Below, piece after piece: positions 34,440 through 45,730 of a stretch of 64,000 bases of DNA. Every line of letters begins with the position of its first letter. Within the stretch, counting starts at the first letter, position 1. A program made the translations under genes and the position numbers. Below the pieces are notes generated by a model. It did no database searches. It was not told where the DNA came from and saw only the letters and a list, made by a program, of their open reading frames with translations. The DNA comes from Mustelus asterias (Eukaryota): assembly GCF_964213995.1 (NCBI RefSeq), contig NC_135812.1, positions 19,468,001 to 19,532,000 of the forward strand, read 5' to 3'.

Positions 34440-37400
34440 AGCAGGTCTGACAGCATCTGGCTCAGAGTTTTGGATGTGTTGAAATATGGAGAAAGGGATG
34501 CTGGCCAGGATTACATTGGACCAATTGAGCTTAAATGTGACAAAAGGGTTTTGGCAGCAGATGGACCAAAGCAGGGATGGAGACAGACAATATTATGAAA
34601 GTACACGTTGGTTGCATTTTTAATTGGCAGAATATGGGGTTAGAAGTTCAGCTCTGGGTCAAAAATGATGAGTTGCGAACATTCTGGTTCAACAGAGACA
34701 GACCTGAGTGGGAATTTCCATCCATGCTAACCCCAAAACCAGAATATCCCACCCGAGGTCAATGGACCTTTGCATGGTCCACCCCCACCCCCGCTCCCCC
34801 GCCCGTTACAATTTCTGCGGGAGGCGGGACGGGAAAATTCCCTCCAGAAACTGGAAAGAGGAGAGGAATCAGTGGCACAGGAATAGGATTTGTAGCTGAG
34901 GCAAATGGCGATGGCTTTTGTCTTCCCTTTGTTTAACTTGAAGGAAATTGTGGCATATCTGGGACTGAATATCCGAGAATCAGGCTGACAACACAGAAGC
35001 AATAATGGAGAGATTGAGCTGGATATCACCAGCATACATGAAAAGCCTAACTCCATATTTTCAGATGATGTGGTCCAAGGGCAGAATGTCAATGACTTGG
35101 AGTGTCTGAGACTCGATCTTCGAAGGACTCCTGAGGTAATGGTGCCGAGGTTGAAAGATTTCGGCAGTTGCACTGGCAACAATGGCTTTTGCTCCCAAAT
35201 AAACCTGTTGGACTTTAACCTGGTGTTGTGAGACTTCTAACAGTTGGATAAGTGAGAGTTGTACCCTGCAATGAGAATCCCATTGAGCTGGATGATGGGG
35301 AAAGGCACAGGAGGAAGATGACAATGTCAGAGGCTGAAGAGAGTTAAAGTTAAAGTTTACTTATTAGGCACAAGCAACACTTACATTAACACTGCAATGA
35401 AGTTACTGTGAGGTTGAGAAAGCTGAGGAGCGATGACGCACCATAATCATAGAGGATGCCATTTGTGACTTAGGACAATCTCAAGGCAGTAATGGGGTAA
35501 ACATCTGATTGAAAAGATGCAAACATGGAGTTGGTGAAAAGGAAGGCATGAGTTTGGGAGGTGCCGCATGTTTAAGGCCTTCAGCAAGGAAAGAGAAGTT
35601 TGAGATGGGGCATGTAAACAGTAAATGCTGGATAAACTCAGCAGGCCTGGCAGCATCTGTGGAGGGAGAAACAGAGTTAACAGGCAGGATTTTACGAACT
35701 CGCTCAGGCGAGTTTTCCGTTCTGCAAGCCCCTGGAATCAGTAAAATTCTGGCCATTGTTTCGAGTCTATACAAGAAGAATAATATTGGACTTGAAACCT
35801 TAATTCGGCCCCTCTCTCCACAGATGCTGCCAGACCTGCTGAGTTTTTCCTGCTTTTATTTCAGATTTCCAGCATCCACAGCATTTTGCTTTTATTTGAG
35901 ATGGTGCAATAGTTTACAAGGACAAAGGGGTTGAGGGTGCATTTCTTGAGGAGGAGAGAGGGTGATGCTAACTGCAGAGAACTACCTGAGAAGGAGTGAT
36001 TTAAAATGTGGTCAGCATTTTAATGCAATCAAGGGTGAAGAAGGTGCGAATGGTGGATAAGATAATCTTAAAGGGGGGCATGAGGAAATAAATCAGAAAA
36101 AGGATGTGGGTTTAGGCTAGGGCAGTGGAAACCATGGAGCAGGTTTGATCTGGAGGTGAAGTGGGGTTGGAATGATATGACAATGACCATTGAATGGATG
36201 GTCTCAATCTAAGTGACAAAGAAGCCCAAGAACTCTCAATTATTATTGGAGGTGAGGGAGGAGGAGGCAAAGATGAGAGTTTAAGGAAACAATTGGGTGT
36301 GGAGAAAGGAAGTGAAGGTTATCTGTTTTGTTCAGGGATGAACATTGAACAATAAATTGTTTTGGCAGAGGAGAACAGGACACACCATGGCCGGATCCGA
36401 CAATGGATATTTGAATTAGTTTGTGCACCAGATGTGCTTAAATCTCTGCCCTTTGGACTTAAAAGAAGCAGAGATTGGGAAACCATTCGGCTTAGAAAGA
36501 GAAAGGAGAGGAGGACATAAGGGTAGAAGTGAGGAAGTGGTTGCTCAACAAGTGAAGAACAGGGTTCAGAATACATGGGGCATGACGGGTGAATTCGTCC
36601 TTGAAACATCACAAGTAACCTGCAAGAAAGTAAAGGCAGAGGTGAAAAATTCAAGAAAGGTTGCCCCTGTAAAATACTATCTTGCATTATGGCTCCTCCA
36701 TGGTCCAAACAGGGCTTGAACAATTTCTGCTGCTCCAGCTCCTCCAATCACAGGTTTCCTCCCTCCCGCTCTTGTTGTTCCCTGGAGACAGAATCTATGA
36801 TTGGAGGAGCAGAAAAGGCAGAAGGGAGGAAAGGTGTGATTGGAGGGATTTGGAGCAATTATCCAGGGTGACCAGCTTGACCCATTCAACTGTGGAACTT
36901 TGACATCATCTGGGAGGCTAAGCAGAAGAAATAGAAAAAGATAAAAGAGGGTGGAGGAGGTGGTTGGAAACCCATTAATGATCAAGAGGAGGCCATGGGA
37001 ACCAAGGATACTTCCAAGGGCAGTAGCCAGTGGAGAGAAGATCTGTCCCATTTTAACTTCCATGTAATATGGTGGATGTGGAGGCAATGAGAAATGAGAA
37101 AAAAGGTCTGTCCTATTTTGATTTTCTTAGCAAAATTAACTTCTTGAGCTGGGAAGGGCTCTGGCCTACAGCACCTGAGAGGTAAAATATCTAAAGTGAT
37201 TCCCATTGGAACTGGAACACACCAGACCCATAGAGATGGACCTGGAGGCAGTGGTAGGTCTCAGGCCTGTGATGATGATGGATCGATGGTCGCCAGCCTC
37301 ACATGCTCACAACTCTCGACCCAGTATTTGATGAGAAAGAATTCGTCGATCCTCCCTGTTTCCCAGCAGAGTTCAAGGGAGTGGGTCCTGACCTTAGATA

Positions 37401-38870
37401 CGAAGACATTATCTGGATCTGCCATCACAATAAGTTTCTGACCTATTTTATCTGCAGAGTCTACGATTTAAAATAAAACCATTAATCAGTCTTCTGGCTA
37501 CACACAAGGCACTTGCAGAGCTTCCAGAAACCTCTTTGCCGTTAGAACTGTTTGCTTGCTCGAACCTAGTCAGAGCCACCCTTTATGTGAAAATGTTTCT
37601 GTGGAAGGTTATTGATAGAAGACTGATGTCCTGCCATTAATGTTAATCCGTAAAGATATGGCCCTTTACATAATGTCTGAATCTCACTGACAAGAATGAA
37701 AGTTGACATGAGGTAATGTTGAATGATTGAAAAATGCTTCCAAACTGGTTGCATTTTGTAAATCGTGAACTTTAAGATATAGATAAATTAGACAAGGTGG
37801 ATCCATTTCATAAATTTCTTCAACACAGACGGAGACCATTTGGCCCATTGTGTCTGTGCCAACTCTGATGAAGATATCCAATTAGTTCCCGTCTCTTGTT
37901 CTTATCAATAGCCTTACAATTTTTATCCATTCAATCATTTATCCCAAACCTTTTTGAAGGTTTATATTGAAACTACTTCCAACAGTGCGAGAAATAAAAT
38001 ATTTAGTAATATATGTGCAATCTTTGGTATTTGTGCTATTTCACCTATCTCAAGAAGGAAACCCTAAATATGGCAACACAAATACAGAAGTAATGATACT
38101 ACACGAGTGCATCGCCTAATAAAGGAGTTGGTGGAATGAAAATGGAGTGCTTGAAAAGCAGCCCCCTTAAGTCAAAAAAAGTCAAAAAAATTTCCAACAG
38201 AGCTCTCAAAGACAATATTTTGACCCCTGCTGCAGAGGTATCTTGGTGAATGGAGGGTAGGCAGTTGAGAATTTGGAATTGACATGGAAGAGATTTGTTT
38301 CTTGAGGCAGATACTGAACGGAAGGCCTTGGAAGGAGGAAAAGGGTGTGGGTGATTCAAGAAAGTGGTGATAGGTAGCCTCCTCACGCAGGGATGGGATG
38401 GAGGAGCTGTGTGCAAGACAAAGGTTGAGAGGGAGGATATGGATGTAAGTAGGAGGGTTAATATGGAGGGAGAGATGATGAAAAGATCAGTGGGAGGATA
38501 AGGTAAGTTTAGCGCGACATTGAAACCACCAAGAACGAGGAATCGCTTAGTGCAGAGAAAACTGAGGTTGGGACTCAGGAGAACAGTAGACAATAAAGAG
38601 GAAAGAACATGATGTGATGCAGCAACAGGGGGGATATGCCAAAGGAGTAGGGGGAGATACCAATACTTGATTTGGTGATAAGAATATTTAGAGAGGAAAA
38701 ATGCCGCAGGAAAATCGACACTTGTGGAATTGAAGATTGCACCCAAGTAAGGAATCAGCAATGAGCAGGCGTCAATTAAAGAACAGGTCCATGGGGACCA
38801 TGTCTGGTGACCTTCAGCCCAGGAATCACTCAGCACAACACAGAAAAGTTGCACATGCCAAGTGGATCAA
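34440..38870 (-). mobile_element. Fragmented, highly decayed L2-type LINE region
   Basis: Purine-rich + strand. The - strand shows remnants such as LKLNKGKTKAI and the endonuclease-like FLVLGGFN. Many stops and nested insertions. Confidence 0.5.
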
Positions 38871-39519
38871 CGGATTCTAACATATAAAAATGCTGCCAAA
38901 GGTGAGACCGGAATGTACGGATTAGATGAATTGGCCATGCTAAATTGTCCCTGAGTGTCAGGGGGACTAGCTAGAATAAATGCATGGGGTTATGTGGATA
39001 GGGCCAGGGTGGGATTGTGGTCGGTGCAGACTCGACGGGCCTAATGGCCTCCTTCTGCACTGTAGGATTCCATGATTCTGATGGTTTTAAGATAAAGTTG
39101 GCTGATTTAGTAACAATATAAACTCTAATGTTGCAGTTCCCAGTTATGTTTTATTGGAATGCAGACAAGTGTTATGTGAAAGGGCCCCGAAATACTCTTG
39201 TGTCCCAGGCCCGAGGAATTCTTAGTCCAGCTCTGATTGGAGCAGTGTTGGGGGAGGGGTGGGGGGAGCGCATGCTGATACAATACCCCTTCCATCTTTA
39301 AAATACCCCAGCTGCAGATTTTAAATAATTAAGGCATTGCAAGTGGGTGCAAATTTGTCAATCTGAACAATAGATACTCTCCAAAGCATCAGAGCTCGCG
39401 TTCTTGCTCAATATAATTTTTTTTATGATACTTGCAGCATAAATTAAACAAAAGCTGCACAAAGCCTTCTACCAGGTCAGCTCTTTGTTCTAGGATGCAC
39501 TTGTGTCTGCTGCAGACTG

Positions 39520-39760
39520 TGGATTTTGCTGATCTGTGTGGTGGTGCCAAATAAAACAAAGCTGACAGCTGGTGTCAGCTTCTGCTGTTTCAGTGCAATG
39601 TTGTTTTGTTCTGTTTATCCCTTTATGATCTAACCTGGTCGAAAAGAGAGAGAAAAAAAGCAACAGGCAAATCCACTGGGCATATAAATAGGATGAGCTG
39701 AGGTTCGAACCTCACGTTCCATATTTTCTCTTGTCTGGCAAAAGACTGAGCTGTTTTTGG
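39520..39760 (+). promoter_or_regulatory. betaB1-like crystallin promoter and non-coding exon 1
   Basis: TATAAATA at 39683-39690, inverted GCTGAC/GTCAGC Maf-type half-sites at 39559-39581, donor GTGAGC at 39761. Confidence 0.75.
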
Positions 39761-39934
39761 GTGAGCCTTTGGAATAATTTCAAAGTGTTAAATTATCAAC
39801 TGGGTGTAAAAAGCTTCATGAAGTAGGAAATTTCGGGAGAGAAATACAAGTTCGTCAAATATGTGTAAAATGTATTTAGCGACCAAACCAAATAAATTTG
39901 TTATATCTTGATTATTATTTTAGCAGTTGCCACA

Positions 39935-40000
39935 ATGTCTCACAGTGGAACTCAGGGTAGCATTGGAAGCCATTCTGCTTCAAGTCTTCGCAGTAACAGG
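39935..40000 (+). CDS. CRYBB1: betaB1-like crystallin (crybb1l-type), exon 2 N-terminal arm. Total CDS 630 nt / 209 aa
   Basis: MSHSGTQGSIGSHSASSLRSNR. TAGCAG acceptor at 39921-39926, donor GTAGGT, phase 0. Confidence 0.85.
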
Positions 40001-41957
40001 GTAGGTGCATTGGTGTGCTTTTATTTACATATTATTAATAACCTATTATTAATATGAGTGTAGAGGAAGATTAGTGCAAATGAACACCTGCTATTAAGCA
40101 ACCGTTCCTGTCTGTAGAGGCACCTTGAGGTGAGCTAACTTCTAAGCGATGAACAGAAATTTGCTACAGGTATGACCCAGTGTCAGTCCACTTCGTGTTT
40201 AAATCTAGAGGGCATGCACTGCAGGGTCTTGCAATCATTTAGCATTATCATTGTGAAGTGCTCTATGTTGTATTTAACTATCTTGTTTTACTTGAGAAAC
40301 ATCTCAGTATTCACCTGCCGAAAATAATTTTAACAGACTTCCATTTCCAGTACATTGTACCAACAGTTTGAAAAAGGGCACGGGGTAAAATGTCCTGTCA
40401 TAAATATTGTTTTATCTTCCTGCTTTTTGAGTTATATAGGCCAGGATTATCCCAAATTCTAAGTCCCCAATTTGCGGGAAAATGGGAGTAAATCCAGCTA
40501 GTCTCTTAGCGTGATTTCCAGAATGAATCTCCAACACTCTGTGCATCAGAGTGCCCTAGTACGATTCGCTCTGGAAATCTGGGGGTGGGGCTTATTCCTG
40601 CCCGTGAAGCCGGCAGCACAGCACTGAGGGGGCCACTGCGCATGTGCCGATCTGTCATAGCGGAGATCGGCGCGTGCGCAGTGGAATTGCATTGTTGGTC
40701 TCCAGCTTACTGACCAGCACGATCGCTGGCCAGCCCTGCAATCCACCATCTGGCTCCCTGGGCCTCCCTGGGCAAGCCCCAATGTTGCTCCTCCTCCCCA
40801 TCCAGCCAGCCCTGATCTCCCAATCCCTCCCCCCCCTCCCCCCCATCCCCGACCCAGGGCAGTCCTAATCTCCCTGACCATGCCCCCACACCTCCTGCAA
40901 GTCTTGACCCGCCCCCTCACCAGGATGGCCAGCCCCAATCACCTCTCCCCTCCCTTTGCCTGCGATCCCAGGGCAGACTGGCAATGGGACACCCATCTCA
41001 CCCCTACCGATTGCCCCTCCCCCTTAATCCCCACCCCCAATAGACCCCATCCCTTCTGGCTCCATCCCTTGGCATGGCCCAGTGCCCAGTGGGCAGTGCC
41101 AGTTTGCCCTTTGAGCAATGCTAGGATGCCAGGCTGGCACTGTCAGGCTGGCACTGCCCAAGGAGCACCTCCCCTTACCCCTGATCTCCTGGGGGGGTCC
41201 TCAATGGCCTCTCTTCCCTCCAGCGGGGTCAGCCACCTGTTCCTCATTAGTGAGGAGCAGTAGTAAACCCCACTGGAGTGAACCATTCCCTGTGGGGAGG
41301 GGTCGTCAGTCCTGGATCCGCTAATGAAGTGGAAATCGCAATTTCCACATTGTAATCAGCTCCGCACCGATTTCTGGCAGGGAGCTGATTATGCTAGAAA
41401 TCTTAGGCTGGGGGACTCGCGGTGTCCTTGGCACCCAACAGGCAGCCTATGAAATGGCCGCGCGGCCTGTTGCCCTAGCAGCGCAGCAGACTGGGAGAAC
41501 AGCCCCCATTCTGTTTGGGGAAGAGTTTCCAATTCTGAATTGCTCAAGTAATCACCTGTGTGATCTGAGACAGCAGGCATCAGTAGATTATTTCACTGTG
41601 AAATACTTTGCAGACAAAGCCAATCCTGTCCTTATCGATGTCCACACATGAGCAATTACCAGCTGGAGGGAAGAGAGGCGATTGAGCAGTTGTTGGATAA
41701 CAGCTGGGATTGGAAATCCTGGCTAATTCCTTCTGACTTCTGTATCCAAGCACTCAGCCAATTTAGCACACAGGATGCAAGACTAAATGACTCATGACTC
41801 TCCCCCACCAGCAGTCACATACCCAGTGAACCATTATGATGTCTGTACGCTGTTGTTGATTTAATGATACAAAGTTAGGTTTTAAGTATGTGATTTGCAT
41901 CTTCAGTGCTTCAATTGTATAGTAACTGAGGTTCATTGATGCCTCTTTTGTCCTTAG

Positions 41958-42076
41958 ATGGTCATCTATGAGTATGAAAACTTCCAAGGTCGCAGAATGG
42001 ACATCAGTTCAGAATGCAGAAACATCTGTGATCGGGGATTTGATAAAGTGGGGTCCATCCGTGTTGAATGTGGACC
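41958..42076 (+). CDS. CRYBB1: betaB1-like crystallin, exon 3 (119 nt)
   Basis: [42 protein letters not shown] / GTAAGT boundaries. Confidence 0.95.
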
Positions 42077-42951
42077 GTAAGTCCTTCCCATAAGAATCTT
42101 ACCGTGTCTTCTGGAATTCTACTGTGTATTAACTTTCCTGATGCATGAAAGTTTCTCCCAGCTTTTACAGGGCTAAACCATTGTTTCTTTTAATCAATAG
42201 GGTCCTGACTACTTGTGATGCAGCCCATATATAGTGAGTTGATAGTAAGTCAGGGCGAGACATATTTTCTTTAGAGTACATTTGTGATGCTTAACGTATG
42301 AGAATGGACAACTTCTCTCTATGAAGTTCCATCCCATGGTAGGAGTGAATGGCGGCAGACGTAACATGTGTCGCAGGATGGTAATCCCCAAATAAGGGAC
42401 GCACGATATATTTACTATACTCAATTATTATAATATATTACATTTTTGAGGATGAGAGGCTTACGTTTTGATTGCACGTAAATTAACATGACTAATGCTG
42501 TCTTCAGCTACTGCTTTCTCAATTTATACTTAAGTAAGATTACATATAGAAACATGGAAAATGCAAGCAGGAGGAGGCCACTCGGCCCTTCAAGCCTGCT
42601 TCACCATTCATTATGATCATAGCCGATCATCCAACGCAATAGCCTGATCCTGTCTTTCCCCCAAATTTTTAAATTCCCTTTCATCCTAAAAGTTATATCT
42701 AATTCCTTCTTGAAAATATACAATGTTTTGGCCTCAACCGCTTTCTGTGGTAGCAAATTCCACAGGCTTACCAGTCTCTGGTTGAATAGATTTCTCCTCA
42801 TCTCAGTCCTAAAATGTTTACCCTGTATCTTTAGACTATGACCCCTGTTTCTGGACTCTCCTCCATCCGGAACATCCTTCCTGCATTTACCCTGTCTAGT
42901 CCTGTGAGAATTTTATACGTTCCTATGAGATCCCCTGTCATTCTTCTAAAC

Positions 42952-45730
42952 ATGATGTGGAGATGCCGGCGTTGGACTGGGGTAAACACAGTAAGAAGTT
43001 TAACAACACCAGGTTAAAGTCCAACAGGTTTATTTGGTAGCAAAAGCCACACAAGCTTTCGGAGCTCTTAGCCCCTTCTTCAGGTGAGTGGGAATTCTGT
43101 TCACAAACAGAGCTTATAAAGACACAGACTCAAATTACATGAATAATGGTTGGAATGCGAATACTTACAACTAATCAAGTCTTTAAGAAACGAAACAATG
43201 TGAGTGGAGAGAGCATCAAGACAGGCTAAAAAGATGTGTATTGTCTCCAGACAAGACAGCCAGTGAAACTCTGCAGGTCCACGCAACTGTGGGAGTTACA
43301 AATAGTGTGACATGAACCCAATATCCCGGTTGAGGCCGTCCTCGTGTGTGCGGAACTTGGCTATCAGTTTCTGCTCAGCGACTTTGTGCTGTCGTGTGTC
43401 GCGAAGGCCGCCTTGGAGAACGCTTACCCGAATATCAGAGGCCGAATGCCCGTGACCGCTGAAGTGCTCCCCAACAGGAAGAGAACAGTCTTGCCTGGTG
43501 ATTGTCGAGCGGTGTTCATTCATCCGTTGTCGCAGCGTCTGCATAGTTTCCCCAATGTGCCATGCCTCGGGACATCCTTTCTTGCAGCGTATCAGGTAGA
43601 CAACGTTGGTCGAATTGCAAGAGTATGTACCGTGTACCTGGTGGATGGTGTTCTCACGTGAGATGATGGCATCTGTGTCGATGATCCGGCACGTCTTGCA
43701 GAGGTTGCTGTGGCAGGGTTGTGTGGTGTCAAATCCGACCAAAGAACACACCCGTCAACTCAACACTCTGATCAAGACCTTTGATCCGGACCTCCAGAAC
43801 ACCCTCCGTGCTCTCATCCCACGTACTCCCCGCGTTGGAGATCTCTACTGCCTCCCGAAGATACACAAGGCAAACACACCCGGCCGTCCCATCGTATCGG
43901 GCAATGGGACCCTGTGCGAGAACCTCTCCGGCTATGTCGAGGGCATCCTGAAACCCATTGTACAAAGAACCCCCAGCTTTTGTCGCGACACGACGGACTT
44001 CCTACAGAAACTCGGCACACATGGAGCAGTTGAACCAGGAGCGCTCCTCGTCACAATGGATGTCTCGGCACTCTACACCAGCATCCCCCATAACGATGGC
44101 ATTGCTGCAACGGCCTCAGTGCTCAGCGCCAACAACTGCCAGTTTCCAGATGCAATTTTACATCTCATCCGCTTCATCCTGGACCACAATATCATCACCT
44201 TCAACAACCAGTTCTTCATCCAGACACACGGAACAGCCATGGGGACCAAATTCGCACCTCAATATGCCAACATCTTCATGCACAGGTTCGAACAAGACTT
44301 CTTCACCGCACGGGACCTTCAACCGATGCTATACACTAGATACATCGATGACATTTTCTTCCTTTGGACTCATGGTGAACAATCACTGAAACAACTCTAT
44401 GATGACATCAACAAGTTCCATCCCACCATCAGGCTCACCATAGACTACTCTCCGGAATCGGTTGCATTCTTGGACACACGCATCTCCATTAAGGACGGTC
44501 ACCTCAGCACCTCACTGTACCGCAAGCCCACGGATAACCTCACGATGCTCCACTTCTCCAGCTTCCACCCTAAACACGTTAAAGAAGCCATCCCCTACGG
44601 ACAAGCCCTCCGTATACACAGGATCTGCTTGGATGAGGAGGATCGCAACAGACACCTCCAGACGCTGAAAGATGCCCTCATAAGAACAGGATATGGCGCT
44701 AGACTCATTGATCAACAGTTCCAACGCGCCACAGCGAAAAACCGCACCGACCTCCTCAGAAGACAAACACGGGACACAGTGGACAGAGTACCCTTCGTTG
44801 TCCAGTACTTCCCCGGAGCGGAGAAGCTACGGCATCTCCTCCGGAGCCTTCAACATGTCATTGATGAAGACGAACATCTCGCCAAGGCCATCCCCACACC
44901 CCCACTTCTTGCCTTCAAACAACCGCACAACCTCAAACAGACCATTGTCCGCAGCAAACTACCCAGCCTTCAGGAGAACAGTGACCATGACACCACACAA
45001 CCCTGCCACAGCAACCTCTGAAAGACGTGCCGGATCATCGACACAGATGCCATCATCTCACGTGAGAACACCATCCACCAGGTACACGGTACATACTCTT
45101 GCAATTCGGCCAACGTTGTCTACCTGATACGCTGCAAGAAAGGATGTCCCGAGGCATGGCACATTGGGGAAACTATGCAGACGCTGCGACAACGGATGAA
45201 TGAACACCGCTCGACAATCACCAGGCAAGACTGTTCTCTTCCTGTTGGGGAGCACTTCAGCGGTCACGGGCATTCGGCCTCTGATATTCGGGTAAGCGTT
45301 CTCCAAGGCGGCCTTCGCGACACACGACAGCGCAGAGTCGCTGAGCAGAAACTGATAGCCAAGTTCCGCACACACGAGGACGGCCTCAACCGGAATATTG
45401 GGTTCATGTCACACTATTTGTAACTCCCACAGTTGCGTGGACCTGCAGAGTTTCACTGGCTGTCTTGTCTGGAGACAATACACATCTTTTTAGCCTGTCT
45501 TGATGCTCTCTCCACTCACATTGTTTCGTTTCTTAAAGACTTGATTAGTTGTAAGTATTCGCATTCCAACCATTATTCATGTAATTTGAGTCTGTGTCTT
45601 TATAAGCTCTGTTTGTGAACAGAATTCCCACTCACCTGAAGAAGGGGCTAAGAGCTCCGAAAGCTTGTGTGGCTTTTGCTTCCAAATAAACCTGTTGGAC
45701 TTTAACCTGGTGTTGTTAAACTTCTTACTG
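42952..45730 (+). mobile_element. Penelope-like retroelement (Neptune-type RT plus GIY-YIG), 5'-truncated, with an inverted duplicate of its 3' region
   Basis: RT motifs LYCLPKIHK, PGRPIVS, LVTMDVSALYTSIP, GTAMGTKFAP.YANIFM, RYIDDIF. Cys-rich linker, then GIY-YIG-like NVVYLIRC..WHIGET..RMNEH. Arms 42989-43731 and 44988-45730; TSD CATTCTTCTAAAC. Nonsense codon at 45019-45021. Confidence 0.95.
45632..45670 (+). ncRNA. Minimal hammerhead ribozyme motif in the Penelope pLTR (mirror copy 43049-43087 on -)
   Basis: CAC-CTGAAGA-A-GGGGC-TAAGA-GCTCC-GAAA-GCTT-GTG: CUGANGA and GAAA core boxes, stem II, palindromic AAGCTT stem III. Confidence 0.75.

Noticed and set aside
38099-38854. 251-aa ORF
   Set aside because: Low-complexity translation of a decayed L2-type LINE.
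40438-41410. GC-rich stretch as a CpG island or coding region (ORFs 40546-41324)
   Set aside because: It has TIR-like ends and a C-rich interior typical of shark Harbinger-type non-autonomous elements; the ORFs are low complexity.
43606-45021. 471-aa ORF as an intact gene
   Set aside because: Chimeric: the first ~42 codons are the antisense of the inverted arm. The RT is 5'-truncated and the frame ends at a premature TGA before the GIY-YIG domain.
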